DNA of 64,000 nucleotides from an uncultured Candidatus Woesearchaeota archaeon (lineage in GTDB: Archaea; Nanobdellota; Nanobdellia; Woesearchaeales; GW2011-AR9), in contig CABZYC010000001.1 in NCBI GenBank assembly GCA_902529885.1, forward strand, positions 25,719 through 89,718, read 5' to 3'. The notes beneath the pieces were generated by a model. The model did not search any database and had not been told where the DNA came from. It saw only the letters and a list, made by a program, of their open reading frames with translations. A program made the position numbers and the translations under genes. Positions 1 through 10,599 of this stretch are shown piece by piece (the first letter of the stretch is position 1; every line of letters begins with the position of its first letter).

Positions 1-67
1 TATTGCAGGTTGTTGCATGCCCATCTCTGATTGTATATGATCGTCAGTTAACCCTTGGTTACGTAAA

Positions 68-478
68 CTATTTTGCATCTCGTCCATCTTTTTTTATCTC
101 CTCACGCAGTTTGTCAAACTGTTCTTGTGTTACAAATTTCATTGGGTTCACATACTCCAAATATTTTTGAATAACATCAAACTCACGTTTGTCAGCAAAC
201 GTTTTTAATTCTTGTATAATCAAGCCCATCTTTTTATCGAGTTTTGATACAACAGATTTGTTGTCAATCATTTCCTCATTAACATTACGCATATCTTTTT
301 TCATTGATGACAATTTTCGTATATACTCACCTTTAATCAACTCAACTTCACGGTTAAGATTGTTCACTTTTTGTTCTAAGGCTTTTAACAAAGTGAACAT
401 TTTTTGATACTGTGCATCCGGTTTTGGTGTGGACGCAGGGTCAGGTTTTTTTTCTTCCATCGTAGTGTTTATATACAT
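68..478 (-). CDS. Hypothetical coiled-coil protein, divergent from the filament ATPase gene
   Basis: 136 aa with a charged heptad-like sequence (KALEQKVNNLNREVELIKGEY...). I recognise no enzymatic motif. It sits divergently upstream of the FlaI-like gene. Confidence 0.45.
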   Translation of the reverse strand: MYINTTMEEKKPDPASTPKPDAQYQKMFTLLKALEQKVNNLNREVELIKGEYIRKLSSMKKDMRNVNEEMIDNKSVVSKLDKKMGLIIQELKTFADKREFDVIQKYLEYVNPMKFVTQEQFDKLREEIKKDGRDAK

Positions 479-507
479 TTAACACTCATACGTTAATATA
501 CTTTCCG

Positions 508-2808
508 ATGGTACTCGATAAAACTAAGGCGTGTTTTGAACATGATACATATCATGAAGCAGACAATAAGATACTACGTGTGCATATGGAACAATGCACT
601 TTCGCACCTTCTATCGAATATAACGAAATATGTATGAGTAAAATAATAGACATTTTAGGACAAGTGACCAATATAACATATATTGTACTTTCACAACAAA
701 GACATTTTGAGTATGACACATCACAAGTTAACATGCTTAATGAGCTTTCTTCATTATACAAATCATTAAACCAAGAAGAACGGTACCAGTACAACCATAT
801 CGTTCTTGATCCGACTCATGAAAAGTATCTTCGGAATTCCTATGCACAATTCCAACGGCTCATTAGTAAACGCTTAAAAGAAGACCCGTTAAGCGCTTAT
901 GTACATCTTAAACGTCTTGAACGGCGAGAAAAAATAAAGATGTCAACCATCATTAATCAAAATCAATTACACTCACAAAAGAGTTTTATAACAGTCATGG
1001 ACACTGTGCTTCAAAAAATTGAACAATTGAAAATAATACAACGTTTATTACCACATCTTAAAGAGTATGAACTTGATTCACGTACAATTTATAGTTATGT
1101 TTTACAACCAACAACACGGCCTGATTTCATGTTTACAAAACTACTCAGCCAATATCCTATAGATGCAGATCTCGAAGATACTTATACTTTCGGCGATGAT
1201 GAAAAAACAGAGATTAACCTTTTCAGTTTTGATACAAGTATTAAAAATTTGTATCATATGACTCCACCAGAACTTAAGTTTAACGAGGATGAATATGCCC
1301 TTCTTGATACTGCAAAAAGAATATTGAGCGAGCATAAGCCTACAAAGGAAGAGTTTGTTAATCCTGAACGAATGAGAGAAGTTTTTTTTAATATTTCAAG
1401 TGATCTTGTCAAAGATTTAGCCAAACAACAAGATTTACACCTTAGCGAGAAAAAAACGCATAATCTTGCTAGAGCTTTAATGCGGTACACAGTAGGTTTT
1501 GGTTTAATAGAACTTTTATTATCAGACCCAAAAGTACAAGATGTAAACATTAACAGTCCGAACGGTACAGTACCAATATACATTGTACACGAAGATTTTG
1601 GTGATTGTTACACAAACATTTATCCTACACCACAAGAAGTTCAGTCATGGGCAACAAAATTACGTTTATTATCAGGGCGACCACTCGATGAAGCAAACCC
1701 TATCTTAGACACAGAAATTACTACGGAAACATTTAGCAGTAGGGTTTCTGCAGTGACTGCACCACTCGACCCGTTCGGCCTAGCTTTTTCATTCAGGCGA
1801 CATCGTGATCACCCATGGACAATCCCTTTATACATGTCACCAAAAATACGTTATTTAAACAAAATGGCGGCAGGTTTGTTAAGCTTTTTGATTGATGGTA
1901 ACGTTACTATATTAGTTGCGGGAACACGAAGTTCAGGAAAAAGTAGTCTTTTAGGAGCAATCCTTGTAGAGATTATGAGACGTTACCGTATCATAACGAT
2001 AGAAGATACGTTAGAATTACCAAACCATTCATTACGAGAATTAGGATATAATCTGGAATGTTTGAAAGTTGGATCTGCACTAAGCCTTAACAAAGGGAGC
2101 GAAGTTGATGCGTCCACAGGAATTCGGTCCACTTTACGATTAGGCGATTCAGCAATATTTGTTGGAGAAGTACGTAGTAAAGAAGCTATAGCATTATATG
2201 AAGCAATGAGGGTGGGCGCTGCTGCAAACGTTGTTGCAGGAACCATCCACGCAGCATCACCATACGGAGTATACGATCGAGTAGTGAACGATATTGGTGT
2301 ACCTAAAACCTCGTTCAAAGCAACAGATATTATTGTGGTTGCAAACCCTATACGTAGTGCTGACGGGAAACATAGACTTAAACGAGTGTTACGTATAACA
2401 GAAATACGTAAAATGTGGGAAGAAGATCCAATGCGGGAAAATGGTTTTGTAGATCTAATGGTCTATAACCCTAAAACTGACGAGTTAGAACCCACAAAAG
2501 ATTTGATGAACGGTAACAGCGACATTCTAAAACGTATAGCTGGTAACATTAAAGATTTTGCAGGGGATTGGGACGCTGTTTATAATAACATTATTTTACG
2601 TGGTGAATGTAAACAAGCACTCGTCGAACTTTCACAAGAACTTGAAGACCCAAACATTTTAGAAGCAAAATTTGTTATTATGGCAAACGATAAATTTCAC
2701 TTGTTAACAGCTAAAGTACGTGATTCTAATGGAAAAATTGATAATGAAAAATTATTGTTCAAATTCAAAGAATTTATCCGTCGTGAAGCTAAACGATTAA
2801 ACGACTAA
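508..2808 (+). CDS. Type IV filament (archaellum/pilus) assembly ATPase, FlaI/GspE/VirB11 superfamily, N-terminally extended
   Basis: 766 aa. Walker A-like GTRSSGKSSLLGA is followed by the conserved ITIEDT(L/P)EL and GEVRS motifs of secretion ATPases. It lies directly upstream of a FlaJ-like membrane protein. Confidence 0.8.
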   Translation: MVLDKTKACFEHDTYHEADNKILRVHMEQCTFAPSIEYNEICMSKIIDILGQVTNITYIVLSQQRHFEYDTSQVNMLNELSSLYKSLNQEERYQYNHIVLDPTHEKYLRNSYAQFQRLISKRLKEDPLSAYVHLKRLERREKIKMSTIINQNQLHSQKSFITVMDTVLQKIEQLKIIQRLLPHLKEYELDSRTIYSYVLQPTTRPDFMFTKLLSQYPIDADLEDTYTFGDDEKTEINLFSFDTSIKNLYHMTPPELKFNEDEYALLDTAKRILSEHKPTKEEFVNPERMREVFFNISSDLVKDLAKQQDLHLSEKKTHNLARALMRYTVGFGLIELLLSDPKVQDVNINSPNGTVPIYIVHEDFGDCYTNIYPTPQEVQSWATKLRLLSGRPLDEANPILDTEITTETFSSRVSAVTAPLDPFGLAFSFRRHRDHPWTIPLYMSPKIRYLNKMAAGLLSFLIDGNVTILVAGTRSSGKSSLLGAILVEIMRRYRIITIEDTLELPNHSLRELGYNLECLKVGSALSLNKGSEVDASTGIRSTLRLGDSAIFVGEVRSKEAIALYEAMRVGAAANVVAGTIHAASPYGVYDRVVNDIGVPKTSFKATDIIVVANPIRSADGKHRLKRVLRITEIRKMWEEDPMRENGFVDLMVYNPKTDELEPTKDLMNGNSDILKRIAGNIKDFAGDWDAVYNNIILRGECKQALVELSQELEDPNILEAKFVIMANDKFHLLTAKVRDSNGKIDNEKLLFKFKEFIRREAKRLND

Positions 2809-2837
2809 TTTTTATAATTGAAAATACTTGTTACAGT

Positions 2838-5012
2838 ATGGATGATTACCAAAACTTGGTTAGCAAATATAAAAATAAGATTGCAACTGAGTTTGGTGAT
2901 GCAAGTGACCCAGTCCCATCCAACGCCACAAGTGTTGAATATGGACAGTTCAAAAAAGAGTTGTATCCTGAATCATTTTCAAGATACGAAAAAATGTGTA
3001 ACTTGGCAGAAAAGTATCTGCCAATACCTGTCGAAGGTAAACAAAAAGAACAATTAACAAAGGACCTTGACATGTGCCACCTTAGTTGTACACCGAGTGG
3101 CGTTATAAGTTTGTCTCTTCTTGCACCCATCATATTTATTTTCACAGGAATTTTGTTAACATCTTTTTTGTATGTTTTAACTAACAGTATTTTTTACTTT
3201 ATGTTTGTTATTTTAGTGGGTCTTATCATGATCCCTGCATTCCAAAAAATACCTTCTTTCATGGCCAATAGTTGGCGAATGAAAGCAAGTAACCAGATGG
3301 TACAAAGCATATTTTACCTTGTAACATTCATGCGGCATACAAGCAACCTTGAAAGAGCAATCGGTTTTGCATCAGAACATTTAGGGCCCCCATTATCTTT
3401 AGATTTCAGAAAGATTATTTGGGATGCAGAAACAGAGAAGTATCCTAGTATCCGAGAGTCTGCTGAAGCTTACCTTATTACATGGAGAGAATGGAACGGG
3501 GATTTTGTAGAAGCATTCCATCTAATTGAAGGGTCACTCTATGAACCGTCAGAAGATCGTCGGTTAGCATTACTTGACAAAAGTTTAGACGTTATCTTAG
3601 ATGGTACCTTTGAACACATGCTACAATATGCGCACAGTCTAAAAAGTCCAATGACTATCTTAAACATGCTGGGTATCATTTTACCCATCTTAGGATTAGT
3701 CATTTTACCCTTAGTTGTATCATTCATGAGTAAAGATGCTAACACGTTAGTTATGGCCTCGTACATCAGTGCACTGTACAATTTCACTTTGCCTGCAACT
3801 GTGTACTACCTAGGACGAACCATATTAAGTAAACGGCCAGCAGGATATGGACAAGAAGATCTTACGAAACGTTATCCTTCACTTGCACGATTACAAAATG
3901 TTATTATTCCCCTTGGGAAAAAAGTGAATGTAGCACTTAACCCAATGTATTTTAGTGTAACCTTATTCGCATTTTGTATGATCCTCGCAGCTTCACCATT
4001 CTTGTTACACACAATAGATAATACCTTTGAAATTGAAAACAGGGATGGAAGTATACAATTTTTAGGTTACGTTTGCCCGCCAGGTTTACCAGACTGTCTC
4101 CCCGAAGAAACAGTAGGGCCTTTCGGACTTGGTTCAAGCCTACTATCTTTATTGATAGTAATTGCTATAGGGGTGAGTGCCGGACTATTTTTCAAGCTTA
4201 GAAGTTCTAACGTCATCGAACTACGTAAAAATACTAAAAAGTTAGAGAAAGAGTTTAGTTCTGCCTTGTTCCAATTAGGGAACAGGCTGGGTGACGGTCT
4301 TCCTGCAGAAATAGCGTTCAGTAAAGTTGCAGCAAATATGGAAGGAAGTACAAGCGGCGACTTTTTCACGATTGCAGAACAAAACATGTTACGGCTCGGT
4401 ATGGGACTTGAACAAGCATTATTTGACCCTGAAGTTGGTGCAGTACGACAATTCCCTTCAGAAGTCGTAGAAAGTAGTATGAAAGTGCTTACTGAAAGTA
4501 GTAAACGTGGACCAAACATTGCAGCACAAGCTTTACTTTCAATGAGCAGGTACATTAAAGAAATACACCGTGTTGAAGAACGGTTAAAAGATTTAATGGC
4601 AGAAATTGTTGGTAGTATGAAAGGACAAGTTGCATTTTTAACACCAGCAATTGCAGGGATCGTAGTTGGTATTACAAGCATGATTAGCACAGTTCTTACA
4701 CGCCTATCAGGACAACTGTCTGAACTAACCTCTGGATCAGGCGCGACAGGCATGGGGGGGATGGTAGACATTTTCGGGATTGGAATTCCAACATTCTATT
4801 TTCAAGCTATTGTAGGAATTTATGTTGTACAATTAGCATACATTCTTACAGTTTTAGCTAACGGTATTGAGAACGGTGTAGACATTTTGGGTGAACGTGA
4901 AGCATTAGGTAAAGCACTTATACGAAGCACACTATTATACTGTTTTATTGCAGGGCTTGTAATGACAATGTTTAACGTGTTCGCAAGTAGTATAATGAAA
5001 GGTATGTTTTAA
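2838..5012 (+). CDS. Type IV filament platform membrane protein, FlaJ/TadC/GspF-like
   Basis: 724 aa polytopic membrane protein with two clusters of hydrophobic helices separated by soluble domains. Its position immediately after the FlaI-like ATPase is the canonical pairing. Confidence 0.65.
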   Translation: MDDYQNLVSKYKNKIATEFGDASDPVPSNATSVEYGQFKKELYPESFSRYEKMCNLAEKYLPIPVEGKQKEQLTKDLDMCHLSCTPSGVISLSLLAPIIFIFTGILLTSFLYVLTNSIFYFMFVILVGLIMIPAFQKIPSFMANSWRMKASNQMVQSIFYLVTFMRHTSNLERAIGFASEHLGPPLSLDFRKIIWDAETEKYPSIRESAEAYLITWREWNGDFVEAFHLIEGSLYEPSEDRRLALLDKSLDVILDGTFEHMLQYAHSLKSPMTILNMLGIILPILGLVILPLVVSFMSKDANTLVMASYISALYNFTLPATVYYLGRTILSKRPAGYGQEDLTKRYPSLARLQNVIIPLGKKVNVALNPMYFSVTLFAFCMILAASPFLLHTIDNTFEIENRDGSIQFLGYVCPPGLPDCLPEETVGPFGLGSSLLSLLIVIAIGVSAGLFFKLRSSNVIELRKNTKKLEKEFSSALFQLGNRLGDGLPAEIAFSKVAANMEGSTSGDFFTIAEQNMLRLGMGLEQALFDPEVGAVRQFPSEVVESSMKVLTESSKRGPNIAAQALLSMSRYIKEIHRVEERLKDLMAEIVGSMKGQVAFLTPAIAGIVVGITSMISTVLTRLSGQLSELTSGSGATGMGGMVDIFGIGIPTFYFQAIVGIYVVQLAYILTVLANGIENGVDILGEREALGKALIRSTLLYCFIAGLVMTMFNVFASSIMKGMF

Positions 5013-5024
5013 AAAAATAGAAGT

Positions 5025-5097
5025 GGGGCCGGAGGGATTTGAACCCTCAACATCCAGATCTTCAGTCTGGCGTTCTGCCAGGTTAAACTACAGCCCC
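5025..5097 (-). tRNA. tRNA-Phe (GAA)
   Basis: Reverse complement folds as a cloverleaf. Acceptor GGGGCUG/CGGCCCC, D-stem GUUU/GAAC, anticodon stem CCAGA/UCUGG with loop CUGAAGA, T-arm GAGGG-UUCAAAU-CCCUC, discriminator A. CCA is not encoded. Confidence 0.85.
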
Positions 5098-5151
5098 TTT
5101 GAGAAGATTGAGAAATAAATAGTTTATAAGTGTTTGGGAAAAAAAAGAAAA

Positions 5152-7530
5152 TTAATCTGAACAGCTTTTATACACTTGCCCATAATCATCAACTTTCAGT
5201 TCACACTTACTACCTTCAGAAACATACTCTTCACCGTTAGCTGACGCCGCATTCTTTTTTTCAGTGTCTGCATCTGTGCTTAATACCTGTTCACTACGAC
5301 AATTGTCACGGTAGATAGTCACTCCCTTACACCCTAACTTGTACGCTTCTTCATACAACTCTTTTGTTTGCTGAACAGAAAAGTTTTCTGGAGCGTTCGC
5401 AGTTTTACTAATACTACTATCTGTCCACCGTTGTACTGCTGCCTGGACCAAAATGTGATCACGAGGTTCAAGGTCCATTGCACTCACAAAAAAGTTTGGC
5501 AAATTACCGTCTTGCTGGTACATATCTGCAAGTGGGAGGTTCACTTTATGAAAGCCAAGCCTACTTTGCCGGTAATACTCAAATGCATAGTACGGTTCAA
5601 TACCCGTACTAGTACTAAGCATGGTACCAACTGTACCAGTCGGTGCCTGAGTAGTCAACGTTACGTTTCGTATACCGTGTTCTTTAATTTCTTCACGAAG
5701 ATCTTGCGGTAATTGCTGACAAAAACCAGATTGAATATATTTTTCTGGATCACAGTTTTCAAACATGCCTTTCTCTTTAGCAATCTCAACAGAAGCACGG
5801 TACATTTCAGTACAGATCGTTTTGTAAACACGATCAATAAAATTTATGCTTTCTTCACTACCGTATGTAAGCCTCATTTTTATTAAAAGTTCGCCAAGAC
5901 CAAGTGTCCCACCGCCAACACGCCGTTCACTTTGCTGGTTAATACGATTTTCTTCATTATGGTACGGTGTAGCATCAATCACGTTGTCTAAAAAGCGTGC
6001 TAACACTCTACTAGACTGTTTAAGTGCGTCCCAATCAAATTCGTAAACAGGACCAACATTATCGTTGCCCGACTCTTTAAGGAAACTTGCAAGGTATAAA
6101 TGACCAAGATTACAAACACCCCACGCAGGCAACCCTTGCTCTCCGCAAGGATTTGTACAAATCACAGGGTTATAATACCATGAATTACTCATTTTATTAT
6201 AACGTTCCATGAACACGACGCCTGGTTCTGCTGATGCGTGCGCACTAGAAATTAGTTCGTCCCATAACTCCCGAGCTTTAACTGTCCGATAAACCTTCAC
6301 AGGGTATCCATCATTAATCCATTTTTGTATGTCACCAGTCCAACTTGTTTCGTAAGCTTCACCAGCACGCTCATAGTCAGGGAACATTAAATCCCAATCA
6401 CCATCATTCGCTAAACAGTCCATAAATTTGTCTGATACTAAAACACTAATATTAGCATTTTCTATCATACCACGCTTACGCTTACTAGAAATAAACTCAA
6501 AAATGTCTGGGTGCCAATCGTCAAGCATTAACATGAGTGCACCACGTCGTGATCCACCTTGTTCAATAAGGCCTGTACCATAACTAAAAAGTCCACCCCA
6601 CGACACAGCACCACTACTTTTACCGTGTACTCCTCGAACATAAGAGTATCGAGGACGAAGCGTGGACAAAGTAATACCTACGCCACCACCACGGCTCATT
6701 ATCTCTATCATGTTATACAAAGTTTCTTTCACAATACCCCCACGACTATCTTTAGGTGATGGGATAACGTAACAATTGTACAAAGTCAAATTTTGAGTGT
6801 AACCATCTCCACGATTAGCACCAGTCATAATACGGCCAGCTGGCTGAATATGTTTGTTTGTTAACTGCTCAATAAACTGGTTGTACCAGTACTCTTTATT
6901 TTCCTTTTCTACTGAAGCTATCGCGTCAGCAACACGATGGTGTGCATCAGCAACACTTTCAGTTGGAACATCACATTTCCATAAAGATTGTGTGAACGTT
7001 TCGCCTGCATACTGCCCAGTGACCATATGCATGTTAACAGAATCACCGTCAATATTGGTGATTATACCAAGATCTTTTTTTGGATACTTCGGATCTTCTT
7101 TTGTAATTGTAATAACAAGATTACCTTTTTGAACATCTTCCTTCTTACCTTTCACAGAATATCTATCAAGAAAGATACTGCGACCAAGCTCATCAAGAGT
7201 GTCAGAACCATTCAATATATGTATTGCTTGCTCTTGTAACTCTACGTTCGCCGCTAAAAGTTTTTGAACATCTTCACAATCTTTTGAAATGTTGGACGTG
7301 TTACTCATTAAAACAAGTTGGACCAATGTGTCAATATCGTGCATGGATGGTACACCATCAGCACGTTCTATAACTAGATCTAGTATGTTACGTGCAACAG
7401 ATAATGCTTGCGACTTGTTTAATTGAATCTTATCTTGTAGCATACCACTTATTGATCCCAACGCCTGGGTTGGATTAAAATCAATAATTGTTCCATCACG
7501 ATCTCGTATTTTATCAAACATAATGTTCAC
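5152..7530 (-). CDS. nrdJ: Ribonucleotide reductase, class II (adenosylcobalamin-dependent) with N-terminal ATP-cone
   Basis: 792 aa. An N-terminal ATP-cone-like segment is followed by a large class II RNR body with active-site region PCGEQ...CNLG. It is a monomeric-type single ORF. Confidence 0.8.
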   Translation of the reverse strand: MNIMFDKIRDRDGTIIDFNPTQALGSISGMLQDKIQLNKSQALSVARNILDLVIERADGVPSMHDIDTLVQLVLMSNTSNISKDCEDVQKLLAANVELQEQAIHILNGSDTLDELGRSIFLDRYSVKGKKEDVQKGNLVITITKEDPKYPKKDLGIITNIDGDSVNMHMVTGQYAGETFTQSLWKCDVPTESVADAHHRVADAIASVEKENKEYWYNQFIEQLTNKHIQPAGRIMTGANRGDGYTQNLTLYNCYVIPSPKDSRGGIVKETLYNMIEIMSRGGGVGITLSTLRPRYSYVRGVHGKSSGAVSWGGLFSYGTGLIEQGGSRRGALMLMLDDWHPDIFEFISSKRKRGMIENANISVLVSDKFMDCLANDGDWDLMFPDYERAGEAYETSWTGDIQKWINDGYPVKVYRTVKARELWDELISSAHASAEPGVVFMERYNKMSNSWYYNPVICTNPCGEQGLPAWGVCNLGHLYLASFLKESGNDNVGPVYEFDWDALKQSSRVLARFLDNVIDATPYHNEENRINQQSERRVGGGTLGLGELLIKMRLTYGSEESINFIDRVYKTICTEMYRASVEIAKEKGMFENCDPEKYIQSGFCQQLPQDLREEIKEHGIRNVTLTTQAPTGTVGTMLSTSTGIEPYYAFEYYRQSRLGFHKVNLPLADMYQQDGNLPNFFVSAMDLEPRDHILVQAAVQRWTDSSISKTANAPENFSVQQTKELYEEAYKLGCKGVTIYRDNCRSEQVLSTDADTEKKNAASANGEEYVSEGSKCELKVDDYGQVYKSCSD

Positions 7531-7682
7531 CTATCAAAATGGTTGCTAAATGTAAAGTTATAAACATTCATGTAGTTCAACCTACGTTTTAAGCAACTTA
7601 AAATGTGGCAATAGATTAACTATATAAAACTTCAATAACACGCAAGAGTAGTACCAAAAAAAGAGTTTAAAAAATTTAAAAA

Positions 7683-8534
7683 CTAATCGTTACAAAGACG
7701 ATTATAAATTGGTTTAAGCCTAAGTTTTTCATCAAAGCTTGTTGCTTGACCGTACGCAGTACGCGCTTCATCACAGTTAGTATACTCTTTTACCACTGGT
7801 TCAACAGTCACATTGTTCTCAGGAACAGAAGTTTGAGACGAACTGTATAATCCAATTGCACCAATAGCCAATGTTCCAGCAACAATTGATCCTAATAAAA
7901 CCTTTTGAGCACTATCTGATGGAGCATAAGACTTGATACGATCCAAAAAACCTGTTGATTCTGAACTAGGCGTATCAGAACCTAAAAAATATACTGAAAA
8001 ACCGTCCCTTTGCCCTAATTGGTCAACTATATCACTCATCTCTATACTAAACGTTTTTTGATAATGGCCCATCCAAGCTTCCTCAGTACGCGCATGATCT
8101 TCAGCCACATTTTCAACTACACGTTCAGCAGCACAGCCTTGTGCATACTCGTTTGAAGTTGCTAAAATGTCCTCAATACCTAATAAATTATCTTTGGTTA
8201 AGGGAACAATCATTGTTAAACCGTCTTGAAGCCTGTACTCTGTTGGACCTTCAAAAGTAGAAGTATACTGTGTTAACCAGTCATCCACGCCTTCTTCTTC
8301 TTCTGCATTCAAACTTTTAATGATACTATCTTTGATCGTACCAGTTTTGGAACGAGTAATATCATACTCAAACCCGCCAATATCTTCAAACCGGTATTTT
8401 GATTTTGAACCATCAACACGTACAATGATTGAAGGATGCTCTACAGTTACAATCCGAGTATTATCTTCCTCATTAAGAACAGCTTCTAAACCACCATTAT
8501 TTGTTAAATAAATTTTATCATTTTCATTACTCAT
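7683..8534 (-). CDS. Hypothetical bitopic membrane protein; third gene of the PP2C operon
   Basis: 283 aa with an acidic N-terminal soluble domain, one TM helix (VLLGSIVAGTLAIGAIGLY) and a short C-terminal tail. Its start overlaps the stop of the upstream PP2C gene by 8 nt. Confidence 0.5.
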   Translation of the reverse strand: MSNENDKIYLTNNGGLEAVLNEEDNTRIVTVEHPSIIVRVDGSKSKYRFEDIGGFEYDITRSKTGTIKDSIIKSLNAEEEEGVDDWLTQYTSTFEGPTEYRLQDGLTMIVPLTKDNLLGIEDILATSNEYAQGCAAERVVENVAEDHARTEEAWMGHYQKTFSIEMSDIVDQLGQRDGFSVYFLGSDTPSSESTGFLDRIKSYAPSDSAQKVLLGSIVAGTLAIGAIGLYSSSQTSVPENNVTVEPVVKEYTNCDEARTAYGQATSFDEKLRLKPIYNRLCND

Positions 8535-10557
8535 TTTTAATCTCCTTTAATTCTAATTCACAATCTATCTCAGCCATAGTTCTTCGAACATCATATTGTG
8601 TTGAAAAAATGCCATTCTCTCCATTAGTTGACCTATTTTTTAAATCTTGATACACTAAATTCAAATTATCACAATCTTCCGCCAAAATTGCTTGTTCTGC
8701 ACGATCAAACACGGTCTCTTCATAAGTCGTATCATGATACATTTGAGTAAGTTTATCCTTATTGTGATAAACAATAGTACCAGCCCCAATAAGTGCTGCT
8801 AAACCAAGAGTTGTAACTGCCCCACGTTTTACCATTGGTGAAGTCAAAATATCTTTAACATAACCTTTTCGTTCGTCCCATAACACTCTTCGAGCTTCCC
8901 GAAGTTCTTCACGTGCACTCTCTCTTTCCTTTTGCCGACGACTAAACTCCTCGCGTGACTTAGCAGTTTCACGATACTTCTCATCCGCAGCAAGACTTTC
9001 TTTTTGTAGACGGTCACGCTCAGCAGCAAGACGGTCACTTTCACGGGCTTCTTTTTCTACTGCACGATTTTTTTTCCAGCCAGAATAGTTCTCTCTCGCA
9101 CTTTCTACTTTAACACGAGCAGACCCAAGTCTTTCTCTCACCCCAGCTTCAAAAGATGCGTAAGAATCTCGTAAAGATATACAAAAAGATTCATACTTTT
9201 TACCAATAGAATCAAACATAGAAGTTAAATGGTCACCAACCCCATAATAAAACGGATCGGAATTAACATAAACGCTTTGAGACGGGTCTACATCTGATCG
9301 TAAAAATTCTTCTTCTGTGTCATTAAAACCAAAAAAAGTTTCGTCGTCCCATAAACATGGGTCATCAGAATCAAAAGCAGGAGGAATATCAGGGGGGGGA
9401 AGATTAAATTCAGGGATTTCATCGTCACTTACTTCTTCAGCAAAAACTCTTACTACAGGTTCACTAATTTCACTTTTTTCTTCTTCGAATGAATCGTTCC
9501 AAATTGCAACGATAGTTGCATCATCAGATTTTGGATGATATTCATTAAATTGAACATTTTGACTTTTAGCAATGTTACGCCTTTGTTCCCAATCATTAAC
9601 CCTCTCCAAGGCATATTTTTTAACTTCACCTTGTATCTTTTGGATTAAACCTTCTAAATCTTCTTTACTTTCAACACCTGTTATTAAACATTGTTTCACC
9701 ATTGATGCTAACTGTGGAGGTGTTAAAAAATCAGGAGAAATTCCATCGCTCATTAATAATGTTAATGATGAACCAATAACCTTGTCAAACTCACGAACAT
9801 TTATACTTTCACCTGTTCGATCAAAACACATAGAACCATACGGTTCTATACTAAGTATACCACCGTGCCGAGGTTTCTCAAGTAATAAACCTTCTACTTT
9901 TGTACCAGACATTTGCTCTTTATAATCCAAACAAACTGAACTTGTCACAATATTACTGTGTAGATGATCTCGTAATGATTCCCATACACCCGGGCGACGC
10001 TCTGCAAAATCGTCAGCAAGAATGGTTTCCATTACATAGTTGTTTAAACGATTATAATCAAACTGAACGTCACCATTACCATCAAGATAAAACCTTACGG
10101 CCATTGAGTCACCTACAGACATCACTCTTTGGTCCTCTAAATCAATATAAACAATGGTACTACCCACATTATCCATTGTTTTAGGTCGACCTTCATAATT
10201 AGTCAAATCCTGGACTACATCGATTGTTTGAGCAACAGCTTGAGCCATCTCTTCCTTTGTTTTAGGTTGGTATGCTCGCACTATCTCCGCTAGACCAATA
10301 CTCACCATTAAACTTGCAGGGACATCCCCCTCAGGCACTTGTTGTAAAATTCGACGATGTAAAAAATGGTGCCATTTATTACCTTCATCAATTAGAATAT
10401 TTTCAAGATGACTTCTTGGAACATTGATTCCACCACCACCCATACCATCACAAACTACCGCCATCTTACTGTTGTGAATAAAATAATCTTCGTTTATATC
10501 TTCACCCCACAACCGTTTATTACTTGACCCAGCAATATATTTTGACATAACCACCAA
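8527..10557 (-). CDS. Membrane-anchored PP2C-family Ser/Thr protein phosphatase with coiled-coil region
   Basis: 676 aa. PP2C motifs are present: CDGMGGGG (DGxGG metal-binding), VGDSMAV, LMSDGI and DDATIVAI. These are followed by an acidic, Pro-rich linker, an Arg/Glu-rich coiled coil, one TM helix (AVTTLGLAALIGAGTIV) and a C-terminal domain. Confidence 0.8.
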   Translation of the reverse strand: MVVMSKYIAGSSNKRLWGEDINEDYFIHNSKMAVVCDGMGGGGINVPRSHLENILIDEGNKWHHFLHRRILQQVPEGDVPASLMVSIGLAEIVRAYQPKTKEEMAQAVAQTIDVVQDLTNYEGRPKTMDNVGSTIVYIDLEDQRVMSVGDSMAVRFYLDGNGDVQFDYNRLNNYVMETILADDFAERRPGVWESLRDHLHSNIVTSSVCLDYKEQMSGTKVEGLLLEKPRHGGILSIEPYGSMCFDRTGESINVREFDKVIGSSLTLLMSDGISPDFLTPPQLASMVKQCLITGVESKEDLEGLIQKIQGEVKKYALERVNDWEQRRNIAKSQNVQFNEYHPKSDDATIVAIWNDSFEEEKSEISEPVVRVFAEEVSDDEIPEFNLPPPDIPPAFDSDDPCLWDDETFFGFNDTEEEFLRSDVDPSQSVYVNSDPFYYGVGDHLTSMFDSIGKKYESFCISLRDSYASFEAGVRERLGSARVKVESARENYSGWKKNRAVEKEARESDRLAAERDRLQKESLAADEKYRETAKSREEFSRRQKERESAREELREARRVLWDERKGYVKDILTSPMVKRGAVTTLGLAALIGAGTIVYHNKDKLTQMYHDTTYEETVFDRAEQAILAEDCDNLNLVYQDLKNRSTNGENGIFSTQYDVRRTMAEIDCELELKEIKNE

Positions 10558-10599
10558 AAAGTAATCAATTTTAAAAAGGTTCAGCTAGAAAAATATACT

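Noticed and set aside
9317-9925. Plus-strand ORFs of 73 and 117 aa
   Set aside because: They are antisense within the PP2C gene and encode Ser-rich low-complexity products.
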